Below are positions 8,777 through 17,432 of a stretch of 26,378 nucleotides of DNA, piece after piece. The DNA is taken from assembly GCA_040905425.1 (NCBI GenBank), contig JBBDRO010000037.1:3481-29858 (forward strand), read 5' to 3'. The DNA is from Gemmatimonadota bacterium. GTDB taxonomy: Bacteria > Gemmatimonadota > Gemmatimonadetes > Longimicrobiales > RSA9. A program made the translations under genes and the position numbers. Each line of letters starts with the position of its first letter. Position 1 is the stretch's first letter. The notes under the pieces are model-generated. The model was not told where the DNA came from and searched no databases. It worked only from the letters and a program-made list of their open reading frames with translations.

Positions 8777-9271
8777 TCAGAGCCCCTCCGTGGCGCGCAG
8801 ATGGTCGAGCAGTCCGCGGCACGCGCGCTCCACCATGTCATGGACGCGCTCAAAGCCCTGCGGCCCGCCGTGATACGGATCCGGCACTTCCATGTCCCCC
8901 TCCGCCTCGGCATCGAAGGCGCGCAGCAGGCGCACCTCGGCGGTGCCGTGCGCGCGCTCGGAGAGGCGCTGGAGCCTGGCCAGATTCTCCCCGTCCATGG
9001 CCAGCACCCAGTCGAAGCGGTTCAGGTCCTCTGGGGTGACCTGCCGCCCGCGGCTGGTCAGTTCCACGCCGCGCCGCTCGGCCACCGCGGCCGTGCGGCT
9101 GTCGGGAGGATCGCCCAGATGGTAGGCCGAGGTGCCGGCCGAATCGATGTGGAAGTGCTCTTCCAGCCCGTCCCCCCGGACCAGGTGGCGGAAAACGCCT
9201 TCCGCCAGCGGGGAGCGGCAGATGTTGCCCAGGCAGACAAAGAGAACGCCGATGGTGGATTGCTCCGGCAT
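8777..9271 (-). CDS. low-molecular-weight protein-tyrosine phosphatase
   Basis: P-loop VCLGNICRSP (CX5R), DSAGT and DPY general-acid loop. Confidence 0.95.
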   Translation of the reverse strand: MPEQSTIGVLFVCLGNICRSPLAEGVFRHLVRGDGLEEHFHIDSAGTSAYHLGDPPDSRTAAVAERRGVELTSRGRQVTPEDLNRFDWVLAMDGENLARLQRLSERAHGTAEVRLLRAFDAEAEGDMEVPDPYHGGPQGFERVHDMVERACRGLLDHLRATEGL

Positions 9272-9310
9272 GGCTCATGGGTGCGGGTGAAGTGTGTGGG
9301 GCGCCCCGGG

Positions 9311-9327
9311 AGCGAAGCGCGTGCCAG
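9311..9327 (-). promoter_or_regulatory. putative sigma54 promoter for the LMW-PTP/kinase operon
   Basis: Minus strand CTGGCACGCGCTTCGCT: perfect TGGCACG -24 box and GG-N10-GC spacing, 40 nt upstream of the ATG. Confidence 0.6.
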
Positions 9328-9382
9328 CCGGCGTGAGGATGGGGGGTAGCGGCCTCCCCGGGCAACAGGCCAGATTGGCGGC

Positions 9383-10264
9383 ATGCTCCTCACCCGACCG
9401 CTGGCGGCGCTGGCCGTCCTCACCGCCGCCGCCTGCGCCCCGCCCGGGCAGGCCTCTACGTGCGGCGTCCCCGAACGGATCGCCCAACTGCCCTCGGAAC
9501 TGGACGAGGCCAGCGGCATCACCGCAGGCCGGGCGCGTCCCGACGTCCTGTGGGTGCACAATGATTCCGAGGGCCGCGCCAGCCTCTATGCCCTGGACGC
9601 GGCGGGCGCGCTGGTGCAGACCGTGCGCGTGCCCGACGTGCCGGACAGCCCCGACTGGGAGGACATCGAGGCCGGCCCGTGCGGTCCCGAGGGCGGCCAC
9701 TGCCTGTGGATTGCCGACATCGGCGACAACCGCCACGACCGCGCCGATCGCGCCCTGCTGCGTATCCCCGAGCCCGCGCCGGGGGACACCGTCAGCCAGC
9801 CACCGGAGCGCTTTCCGATTGCCTATCCGGACGCACCCGCCGACGCGGAGGCGTTCTTCCTCCTGCCCGGCCCCGAGGCGTGGCTCATCACCAAGGGCCG
9901 CACCGGGCCGGTGGCCGTCTACCGCTACCCGACGCCCCTGCGCGCGGACCAACCCGTCACCCTCGAAAAGGTGCAGGAGCTGACGGAGGGCCTGGTGCAG
10001 ATCCCCGATATGGTGACCGGCGCCGCCGCCACCGCCGACGGCGGGACGGTGGCCGTGCGTACCTACAGCACGCTGCGCCTGTACCACCTGGTGGACGGTC
10101 GGATGGCATCGGTGGGTGACGCACTCGACCTCACCCCCCTGGACGAGTTTCAGGGTGAGGGTGTGACGCTCCTCCCCGATGGCACGGTCTACCTGGTGAG
10201 TGAGCGTGGCCTGGAGCGCAACGAGGCGCCGCCGCTGAGCCGCGCCACCTGCCGATTGGAGTAA
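9383..10264 (+). CDS. exported (lipo)protein, probable beta-propeller of the SdiA-regulated/phytase-like type
   Basis: Signal peptide with AAAC lipobox; repeated blade motifs EASGI, HNDS, DWEDI, IADIGDN, DAEA and QGEGV. Confidence 0.7.
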   Translation: MLLTRPLAALAVLTAAACAPPGQASTCGVPERIAQLPSELDEASGITAGRARPDVLWVHNDSEGRASLYALDAAGALVQTVRVPDVPDSPDWEDIEAGPCGPEGGHCLWIADIGDNRHDRADRALLRIPEPAPGDTVSQPPERFPIAYPDAPADAEAFFLLPGPEAWLITKGRTGPVAVYRYPTPLRADQPVTLEKVQELTEGLVQIPDMVTGAAATADGGTVAVRTYSTLRLYHLVDGRMASVGDALDLTPLDEFQGEGVTLLPDGTVYLVSERGLERNEAPPLSRATCRLE

Positions 10265-10315
10265 AAGGCCCTTGGCGGCGTCGTTCTCTGCCATTTTGGC
10301 AGAAAGGCGCATCTC

Positions 10316-10332
10316 ACGGCACGGTCCATGCA
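10316..10332 (+). promoter_or_regulatory. putative sigma54 promoter for the lytic transglycosylase gene
   Basis: ACGGCACGGTCCATGCA = GG(10318-9)-N10-GC(10330-1), in an AT-rich intergenic region. Confidence 0.45.
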
Positions 10333-10384
10333 CCAATTATAGCTCTATCAACGCTATAAATGGTTGAAACCCAAGGAGTTGAGC

Positions 10385-11212
10385 ATGGCCGATCGCCACG
10401 ACCACGATGCCTTCCGGAACGGGCCGGAGCGCCGCGACGAACGCCGCGAGGACGCCCTGGGCGGTGGTGGCGTCGGGGTGCTCGACGCGGCCGCCCCGCC
10501 GCCGGACGAGCGTCGCCTCCACCGGGACCGGCCGCGCCCGGGCTCGCTGGAGCGCCGCGAGCGTCCGGAGGACCGTAGCACGCCCGCCACCCGGCGCGCG
10601 CGGGAGATGCTGCGCCGCTATCGCCAGCCCGTGATCGGGCTTTCCCTGCTGGGTGTGGCCGCACCGCTCGTCAACGCCGTGGCGCCCGAGACGGCGGCCG
10701 AAACGGCCGCGCGTGAGGACGCCGCGCTGAGCGGCGAGGCCCGTGAGGAGGCGCTGGCCGCGGACATCGCGGCCACGCGCGCCGAGGGTGAGCGCAACGC
10801 CGCGGTGCTGGCCGCCGTGGAGCGCTACGACATCGACCAGGAGCTGGCCCAGTCCATCTTCGACACCGCCGTGGAGGAGGGCATCGACACGCGCGTGGCC
10901 TTCGGCCTGGTGCGCACGGAGAGCACTTTCGACACGCGCGCCAAGAGCTGGGCCGGCGCGCTGGGGCTCACGCAGCTGCTGCCCAGCACGGCGCGCTGGC
11001 TCGTGCCGGGGACGAGCGCCAGTGATCTCTACGAGCCCGAGACGAACCTGCGGGTGGGCTTCAAGTACCTGAACTACCTGATCGACAAGTACCGGGGCAA
11101 CACGGAGTTGGCGCTCCTGGCCTACAACCGCGGCCCGGGCACCGTGGACAAGGTCCTCAAGCAGGGCGGCAACCCGGACAACGGGTACGCGGCCAAGGTC
11201 CTCAATGAGTAG
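10385..11212 (+). CDS. SLT-domain lytic transglycosylase with N-terminal charged region and one hydrophobic segment
   Basis: RTES (catalytic Glu), GLTQL and AYNRG motifs; AGGAG RBS 6 nt before ATG 10385. Confidence 0.9.
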   Translation: MADRHDHDAFRNGPERRDERREDALGGGGVGVLDAAAPPPDERRLHRDRPRPGSLERRERPEDRSTPATRRAREMLRRYRQPVIGLSLLGVAAPLVNAVAPETAAETAAREDAALSGEAREEALAADIAATRAEGERNAAVLAAVERYDIDQELAQSIFDTAVEEGIDTRVAFGLVRTESTFDTRAKSWAGALGLTQLLPSTARWLVPGTSASDLYEPETNLRVGFKYLNYLIDKYRGNTELALLAYNRGPGTVDKVLKQGGNPDNGYAAKVLNE

Positions 11213-11238
11213 GCGTCCGCATTTCTCCTTCAAGCGAC

Positions 11239-11278
11239 GAGGGGTCCCGCACGCACGCCGCGCGGGGCCCCTCTTTCC
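11239..11278 (+). terminator. probable intrinsic terminator
   Basis: GAGGGGTCCCGC / GCGGGGCCCCTC stem followed by TTTCC, just after the SLT stop. Confidence 0.6.
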
Positions 11279-11306
11279 ATGCCTCCCAACCTTCGTATCT
11301 TGGCCC

Positions 11307-12860
11307 ATGAGCACGATGCGACCCACCGCCGCGCTGGGCACGCTGATGCTGGCGCTCTCGGCGAGCCCGCTTCCCGCCGTCGCGCAGAGCATCGACACCC
11401 TGGCGCTGCGCGCCCACACGCGCTTCCTGGCCAGCGACCTGCTGGAGGGTCGCGGCACCGGCACCCGGGGCGAGCGCCTGGCGGCCGCCTACATTGCCGC
11501 GCAGCTCACCGAGCAGGGTGTGTGCCCGCTGACGGCGGATGGCTACCTGCTGCCGCTGCCGCTCGCGGCCGCCCGCATCCTCCCCGAGACCGAACTGACG
11601 GTGGCCTGGCCCGGTCCAGGCCCCCGCGGCGTTCCTGCGGGTGAGGTGGGCTACCTCACCTTCCGCTCCGGCCAGGATTTCGTGGTGAACACGGGCGGCG
11701 CGGGCGCCTTCCACGATTTCGGCGGCCCGCTCCTCTGGCTCGGCTCCCCCGATGACGCCGTGCAGGCCTCGCTGCGGGCGCCCGATCTGAGAGGCAAGGT
11801 CGTGGTGGTCAGCGGCCCGCTCGGCGCCGCCGCCGGGGAGCTCGTGCCGCACTGGATCGAGGCGGGTGTGGCGGGGGTGGTCAGCCTCATCCCGGATGAC
11901 AACACCTTCCAGCTCTACGTGCGCAGCCGCGGCCCGGAGCGCTTCTACGTGGCCGCGCCGGTGAACGACCCCATCTGGCAGCCCGACCTGCCGGTGCTGC
12001 TGGCCGGCTCCACCGTGAGTGGCGTGATCACCGCGGCCCTGGGCATCGGCCAGACGCTGGCGGCCGGCCGGCCCGCGGCGGTGCCCACCGAGCGCCCCGA
12101 CGCGCGGCTGGACGCAAGCATCCGGACCACCGTGCGGGAGGTGCCCTCGGCCAACGTGGCCGGCTTCATCCCGGGCAGCGATCCGGCCCTGCGGAGGGAG
12201 GCGGTGCTCTTCACCGCCCATTACGATCACCTGGGCATCTCCACGCCGGTGGACGGGGACTCGATCTACAACGGCTTCTCCGACAACGCGGCGGGCGTGG
12301 CCATGGTCCTGGCCATCGCTGAGGCCCTGGCGGCCGACCCGCCCGCCCGCTCCACCGTCTTCGTCTTCCTGAGCGGGGAGGAGCGCGGCCTGCTCGGCGC
12401 CACCTTCCTGGCGGAGCGGGGACTGCCCGGCGGGCTCACCCCGGTGGCGGTAGTGAACCTGGACGCCGGTGCGCCGCCCGCCGCCCCGCTGGAATGGCGC
12501 ATCGCCGGCGCCGACGCCTCCACGCTCGGCGACCTGGCCGTGCGCGTGACGGAGGAAGCCGGGTGGGACGCCGTGCCGGGCGCGGCCTCACCCAACTCGG
12601 ACTACTGGCCCTTCCTGGCGCGCGGCGTGCCGGCCGTCTTTCTCATCCCGGGCACGCGCTGGGAGGGGACGTCCGAGGCGCAGAAGCAGGCGCTCCAGGC
12701 GCGCTGGGACCGCTACCATCAGGCGGGCGATCACTGGCATCCGGACTTCCCCTTCGGCGGGCTGCAACGCTACGCCGAGCTGGGCCTGCGTGTGGGCCGC
12801 GCGGCCGCCGATGCCGGGCAGGCTCCCAGCATGCGGGAGGGCGTGCCACCCGGGCGCTGA
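11307..12860 (+). CDS. secreted M28-family metallopeptidase with PA-like insert
   Basis: Signal peptide; LEGRGTG, TAHYDHLG, GFSDNAAG, GEERGLLG, NLD and YHQAGD motifs. Start may be 11316. Confidence 0.92.
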   Translation: MSTMRPTAALGTLMLALSASPLPAVAQSIDTLALRAHTRFLASDLLEGRGTGTRGERLAAAYIAAQLTEQGVCPLTADGYLLPLPLAAARILPETELTVAWPGPGPRGVPAGEVGYLTFRSGQDFVVNTGGAGAFHDFGGPLLWLGSPDDAVQASLRAPDLRGKVVVVSGPLGAAAGELVPHWIEAGVAGVVSLIPDDNTFQLYVRSRGPERFYVAAPVNDPIWQPDLPVLLAGSTVSGVITAALGIGQTLAAGRPAAVPTERPDARLDASIRTTVREVPSANVAGFIPGSDPALRREAVLFTAHYDHLGISTPVDGDSIYNGFSDNAAGVAMVLAIAEALAADPPARSTVFVFLSGEERGLLGATFLAERGLPGGLTPVAVVNLDAGAPPAAPLEWRIAGADASTLGDLAVRVTEEAGWDAVPGAASPNSDYWPFLARGVPAVFLIPGTRWEGTSEAQKQALQARWDRYHQAGDHWHPDFPFGGLQRYAELGLRVGRAAADAGQAPSMREGVPPGR

Positions 12861-12975
12861 GCTGACCCGCAGCCCCCGCGGGGGCGCGGATCGTGCGGCC
12901 GCCCGGCAGCGGCCGGCAGACGGGTGGGCGCCCCCGGCGCCCGCCCCACGCAACACAGGACACGAGGACAAGGTT

Positions 12976-13419
12976 ATGGCACTACAGGAACGCAAGGCCA
13001 CGGCGGTATGGAAGGGCGGGCTGGCGGACGGCAAGGGTCGCTTCAGTCTGGGCAGCGGCGCCATGTCCGAGATACCCGTCACCTGGCAGGCCCGCACGGA
13101 GGGCCCCGGCGGCAAGACCAGCCCGGAGGAGCTCATCGCGGCCGCCCATGCCAGCTGCTTCTCCATGGCGCTGTCGGGCGCGCTGGCCAAGGCCGGCTCA
13201 CCGCCCGAAGAGCTGCACGTGGAGGCCACCTGCTCGCTCGACAAGGTGGAGGGCGGCTTCAAGATCACCACCATGGAGATCAAGGTGCGCGGCAAGGTGC
13301 CGGGCATGGACGAGGCGGCGTTCCAGCAGACGGCCCGCGACGCGGGCAAGGGGTGTCCGGTGTCCAAGGCGCTGACGGGCAACGTGGACATCTCGGTGGA
13401 CGCGGCGCTGGCCAAGTAG
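12976..13419 (+). CDS. osmC: OsmC-family peroxiredoxin
   Basis: AVWKGGL, SPEELIAAAHASCFSMALS and CPVSKAL (two catalytic Cys); GAGGA RBS. Confidence 0.95.
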   Translation: MALQERKATAVWKGGLADGKGRFSLGSGAMSEIPVTWQARTEGPGGKTSPEELIAAAHASCFSMALSGALAKAGSPPEELHVEATCSLDKVEGGFKITTMEIKVRGKVPGMDEAAFQQTARDAGKGCPVSKALTGNVDISVDAALAK

Positions 13420-13447
13420 GCCGCGGCCCGAATCGTCCCCGCGCGCT

Positions 13448-13480
13448 ATGGCTCCGCCCGCCGGGCGGAGCCATTGTGTT
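13448..13480. terminator. hairpin between convergent genes, probable terminator
   Basis: ATGGCTCCGCCC-GCC-GGGCGGAGCCAT perfect 12-bp stem followed by TGTGTT. Confidence 0.7.
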
Positions 13481-13497
13481 CGCGGGGGGCCCGCGCG

Positions 13498-14091
13498 TCA
13501 GCGCCCGTCGCGCAGCACCGCCGCCCACATGGGCGAGCCCGGCACGTCCGCGATGAGCGCCTCGATGGCGCGGCCGGCCGTGCGCATATCCCCTTCCCAG
13601 AGCAGGACGCCCAGGTCATCCATCATGGGGGTGGCGTCATTGAGCTGGGCAGCCAGTTGGCGCTCGTCCACCGGCAGGTCGGAGACCACGTAGAGCTCCA
13701 GCGCCCAGGTGGCGCCGAAGCCCAGGTCCCGCCCGACCACGGGTCCGCAGAAGTAGGCGGTGGCCTCGGCGCCCAGGCACCGGCGGCCGTGCTCCAGCGT
13801 GCCGGCGTCATAGGGCAGGGGGTGGCGGCCGGCGGGGAAGCAGCGTGGCCGCCCGGCGAAGTGCGGGAACAGCTCGAACGAATGGTAGGGCGGCCGGCCT
13901 CGCGCCGGGTCCACGGCCGCCACCAGGAGCACCGCCAGACACGCCGGCTGCTCGAGCTCCAGCGTGCGCTGCCCCCGGGCCGCCTCCACGATGCGGAAGC
14001 CGAGCGCCTCCGGCCTGCCCATGGGCACGTTCACATAGGTCGGGCCGGCGCATGCCGTCCCGGCCACGAGCAGTAGTAGGATGCGCTTCAT
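13498..14091 (-). CDS. hypothetical lipoprotein
   Basis: MKRILLLLVAGTAC signal with lipobox-like Cys; fills the gap between the TPR gene and the osmC terminator; no family recognised. Confidence 0.6.
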   Translation of the reverse strand: MKRILLLLVAGTACAGPTYVNVPMGRPEALGFRIVEAARGQRTLELEQPACLAVLLVAAVDPARGRPPYHSFELFPHFAGRPRCFPAGRHPLPYDAGTLEHGRRCLGAEATAYFCGPVVGRDLGFGATWALELYVVSDLPVDERQLAAQLNDATPMMDDLGVLLWEGDMRTAGRAIEALIADVPGSPMWAAVLRDGR

Positions 14092-14134
14092 CCTCCAGCA
14101 TACTGCCACGCCACCCTGGACGTTCCCCAGGCCC

Positions 14135-16435
14135 TTAGCCGCCGCCGGACCGACCCTCCCCACCCACCCGCACGAGCAGGCGCCGCATGGCCTCGACACG
14201 GCCCTGGAACTCGGGGTCGGCCGCGGCCCAGAGCTCCACGACCCGTGACGCATGCCGCGCCGCCGCGGCCGCATTGCCCGCCTGTTCATGAAGGTAGGCC
14301 AGACGCTCGTGCGTGGGCACCAGGAGATGCGGATCGCCGAGCACATCCCAGCCGCGATAACCCCAGGGCGTTTCGAGGTAGCGCGTGTACGCCGCCATGG
14401 CCGAGTCGGGCCGCTCCATCATGTCGTAGGCACGCCCCAGGAGTCCGTCGACCGGCGCCGTAAAAACGGTGCTCTGTCGAGCCCGCCCGAAGGCCTCGAA
14501 TGCGGCCGCTTCCCTACCCTCGTCGAGGGCCAGAAAGCCGGCCGTCAGGTGGAGGAGGAAGGCATCCTTCCAGCGCACCGGCTCGGGAACGCGTTCCTCG
14601 TAGTGGGCCACCGCGGCACGGGCGGCCTCGGCCTGCCGGCCGAGAGCCAGAATGACCGCCACTTCCAGCACCCACCGCTCCTGCGCACCGCTCTCGATGA
14701 ACCCTTCCAGACCGCTCGCCAGGAGATCGGCCGCTGCCGGGTCATCCGCCAGCAGCACGCGGGAGCCGGCGTCCGAAAAGCGGCTGGTGGCGGGCGCCAG
14801 GCCTTCGACCTCGGCCCACAGTTCCGCGGCGGCGCTGAGCTGGCCGCGGAGGAGGCTTACCTGCGCGGTGCGCCATGACTCGCCCACGGCCAGGGAATCC
14901 GCGTCGTCGTAGCGACCCTCCATCATGGCCTGCGCCCACAGCAGGTTCTCCATGGCGGGCACATCAGGCAGCGCCCGCCGGCCCGCCTCGGCCGTGGCGC
15001 GCGCCGCGGCGCTGCGGCCGCCATCGGCCTGGGCCACCCAGAGATTCCAGATGCCCACCCAGCTGGTATCGCCGTGCTCGAGCGCGCGCTGGGCATACGC
15101 CTCGGCGGCCTGGAAGTCCCCCTGGTTCCAGGCCACGTCGCTGAGATTGACCAGGCCCAGGGCGGAATCTCCCGTGACGTCCTGCAGCGCCAGGCGTTCG
15201 CGGCGGGCGGCTGTCAGATCGCCCACCACGGACGCGCGGAACGCGCGCGAACTACGCAGCACCCGGTCCGACAGACGCTCCGGATGCGCCAGCGTCCGGT
15301 CGATGGCGTCCAGGGTAGCGGCACGCCGCTCGTCGTTGTAGTGGATGGTCGCCAGCAGGCGCCACGCCGTGGCGAACGCGGAATCCAGCGCCACCGCCTC
15401 CTCGAGCAACTGGATGGCCCGTGCACGGTTACCGCTGCGTCCCTCCAGCGCCGAGGCCTCAGCCCACAGCCGGAGCGCCGGCAGGGATGGCGTGATGGCG
15501 GCCTCCAGCGGCGCGGAGCGGCGCACCGTGCCGAGCGACTCCCCCACCCTGGAGCGGAGCGCATGCGAGAGGCGCTCGATGGCGTCCAGGATGGCGGTGG
15601 AGTCCGCGGCGCTCTCCCGGAATGCGGCCAGCGTGCGCGCCGAATCCGCGCTCACCACGCGTGCCGTCAGGGTGTAGCCGCCGCCGGCCCGGGCCACCTC
15701 CCCCTCCACGACCGCGCCGAGCCCCAGGCGCACGGCCACCTCGCGCGCAACGGCGGGGGGCAGGGGCGCGTCCTCCGGGAGCGTCATGCGCCGTAGCCCC
15801 TCAGCCACCAGGCTACGGTCCGCCACCGTGACCACGTCGGACTGCGCCAGGTCGGCCCGCAGGGCCTCGGCCACCACGGTGGCCAGCATGGCGTCCCCGG
15901 TGATCCCCTCGAAGTCCGCCACCACGATCGGCTGCCGAGCCTCCAGTTCGCCACGCGCCAGCAGGGTGCCGGCCGGTCCCACCCCGAGGTTGCGCATGCC
16001 CATGTAGGCGCCGGTGATGACCGTGAGGGCCAGGAAGGCGGCCACACCCGCGCTGAGGGAGCGGCCCCAGGTGAGGACCGGGCGGTGGGCGGCAGCCGCA
16101 GCCTCCGCGGGCGGCGCGGCTACGGGCCGAGCCCCAGCGGCCTCCGCGGCAGTGTCTTCAGCGCCGGCCGCTCCGGCCTTCTCACCACCGCCGGCGCCGC
16201 GCCCACCGGGGAGCTCCGGCAGACCTTCCTGAACGAATGCCGTGGCCAGCACCATCGGCAAGCCGATGATGAAGAGAACCAGCGCGAAGGGGGGCACCCA
16301 GGCGGGCAGCCCGAGTCCTTCCGTGAGGGAGAGGATGACCTCGTAGGCAATCCAGGAGGCCACGGCGTACACGCCCAGCACCTGCCACAGGGAACGGCGG
16401 TGCGCCTCGAGAACGAGCTCGATGATGCGATTCAT
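14135..16435 (-). CDS. membrane-anchored TPR protein with TolB-N/CsgG-like domain
   Basis: N-terminal HRRSLWQVLGVY...LGLPAW..IIGLP helices, a third TM, IVVADFE...VVEGEV...YTLTARVV alpha/beta domain, then TPR-like repeats (AIQLLEEAVALDSAFATAW) and a WAAADPEFQ C-terminal motif. Confidence 0.8.
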   Translation of the reverse strand: MNRIIELVLEAHRRSLWQVLGVYAVASWIAYEVILSLTEGLGLPAWVPPFALVLFIIGLPMVLATAFVQEGLPELPGGRGAGGGEKAGAAGAEDTAAEAAGARPVAAPPAEAAAAAHRPVLTWGRSLSAGVAAFLALTVITGAYMGMRNLGVGPAGTLLARGELEARQPIVVADFEGITGDAMLATVVAEALRADLAQSDVVTVADRSLVAEGLRRMTLPEDAPLPPAVAREVAVRLGLGAVVEGEVARAGGGYTLTARVVSADSARTLAAFRESAADSTAILDAIERLSHALRSRVGESLGTVRRSAPLEAAITPSLPALRLWAEASALEGRSGNRARAIQLLEEAVALDSAFATAWRLLATIHYNDERRAATLDAIDRTLAHPERLSDRVLRSSRAFRASVVGDLTAARRERLALQDVTGDSALGLVNLSDVAWNQGDFQAAEAYAQRALEHGDTSWVGIWNLWVAQADGGRSAAARATAEAGRRALPDVPAMENLLWAQAMMEGRYDDADSLAVGESWRTAQVSLLRGQLSAAAELWAEVEGLAPATSRFSDAGSRVLLADDPAAADLLASGLEGFIESGAQERWVLEVAVILALGRQAEAARAAVAHYEERVPEPVRWKDAFLLHLTAGFLALDEGREAAAFEAFGRARQSTVFTAPVDGLLGRAYDMMERPDSAMAAYTRYLETPWGYRGWDVLGDPHLLVPTHERLAYLHEQAGNAAAAARHASRVVELWAAADPEFQGRVEAMRRLLVRVGGEGRSGGG

Positions 16436-16549
16436 GCCGATCGGGGTCAGGAGGGATGACGACGCACTTTGAAGATGCGCCGCAGCCCGGGATGCGGGCA
16501 AGCATGTCGTGCGCGCGGGAGGTGCGTGGGGACGTCGCTTACAACCGCA

Positions 16550-16585
16550 CGAAGGGCCCGACCGTCTCGCGACGACCGGGCCCCG
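16550..16585 (-). terminator. probable terminator of the ECF sigma gene
   Basis: Minus strand GGGCCCG..CGTC-GCGA-GACG..CGGGCCC followed by TTCGT. Confidence 0.5.
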
Positions 16586-16613
16586 CTGTGTGGCCGCGTA
16601 GGGGCGTGCGCGG

Positions 16614-17240
16614 CTAGTTCAGATACGGCTCGATGCGCTCGGCAAAGCTGGTGCGCGCCCGGTGCAGCCGGCTCTTCACCGTGCCGAGGTTGACGCCCGT
16701 GATGTCGGCGATCTCCTCGTAGCTCTTGCCCTCCAGCTCGCGCAGCCGGAAGACGAGCTGGTGGTGCTCCGGCAGCTCCTGTACGGTGGCTTCCACGATC
16801 TTCTGCAGGAAGCGCTTGCGGTAGAGGTCTTCGGGGCCATTGCCCCGGTCCTCGAACTGCAGCGGACGGTGGCCGTCCTCCCAGTGGGTGGTGAGCTTCT
16901 GAAAGAGGACGAGCGGGCTCCGCGAGCGGTTGCGCAGCTCGTTCTTCGACAGGTTCGAGCAGATCGTGTAGATCCACGTCGAGAACTTCTTGCTCTGGTC
17001 GAAGCGGTGCAGGTGGCGCGTCACGCGAATGAACGCCTCCTGTACCAGGTCCTCCGCGCGATCGCGATCACCGGTCTTGCGGCCGATGAAATTCACCAGC
17101 CGGTCCCGGTAGCGATCGTACAGGACGCCGAACGCCATGGGGTTGCCCTCGAGGTGGGCAGCCACCAGTTCGCTGTCGCCCAGCTCGTGGAGCGGAGGTC
17201 GCAGGCGATCCTGTGTCGTCTCGGTCATGGTCGCGTTCAT
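16614..17240 (-). CDS. ECF (group 4) sigma-70 factor, RpoE/SigW-like
   Basis: Region 2 AEDLVQEAFIRV and KFSTWIYTI..N; region 4 SYEEIADITGVNLGTVKSRLHRAR; AAGGGGG RBS. Confidence 0.95.
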   Translation of the reverse strand: MNATMTETTQDRLRPPLHELGDSELVAAHLEGNPMAFGVLYDRYRDRLVNFIGRKTGDRDRAEDLVQEAFIRVTRHLHRFDQSKKFSTWIYTICSNLSKNELRNRSRSPLVLFQKLTTHWEDGHRPLQFEDRGNGPEDLYRKRFLQKIVEATVQELPEHHQLVFRLRELEGKSYEEIADITGVNLGTVKSRLHRARTSFAERIEPYLN

Positions 17241-17361
17241 GTGCCCCCTTGTCTTCTAGAGGCGGAGGGTCCGGCTACCCCGGCCACGCCGCCTTATCCA
17301 TCCCTATTTCTCGCGAAAAGGGGAAAGGAGCCACCACGCCCCTTCCCCGAATCCGTGAGTC

Positions 17362-17390
17362 AATATAACGGGTATGGCGCTCGAATTCAA
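17362..17390 (-). promoter_or_regulatory. sigma70-type promoter of the ECF sigma gene
   Basis: Minus strand TTGAAT-N17-TATATT in an AT-rich island. Confidence 0.7.
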
Positions 17391-17396
17391 GGGTTC

Positions 17397-17432
17397 AATG
17401 GTCATTGGTTTTTGTGGATTCCAATGACCATT
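17397..17432. repeat. perfect 12-bp inverted repeat with 12-bp spacer (operator-like)
   Basis: AATGGTCATTGG-N12-CCAATGACCATT immediately upstream of the -35 box. Confidence 0.75.
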
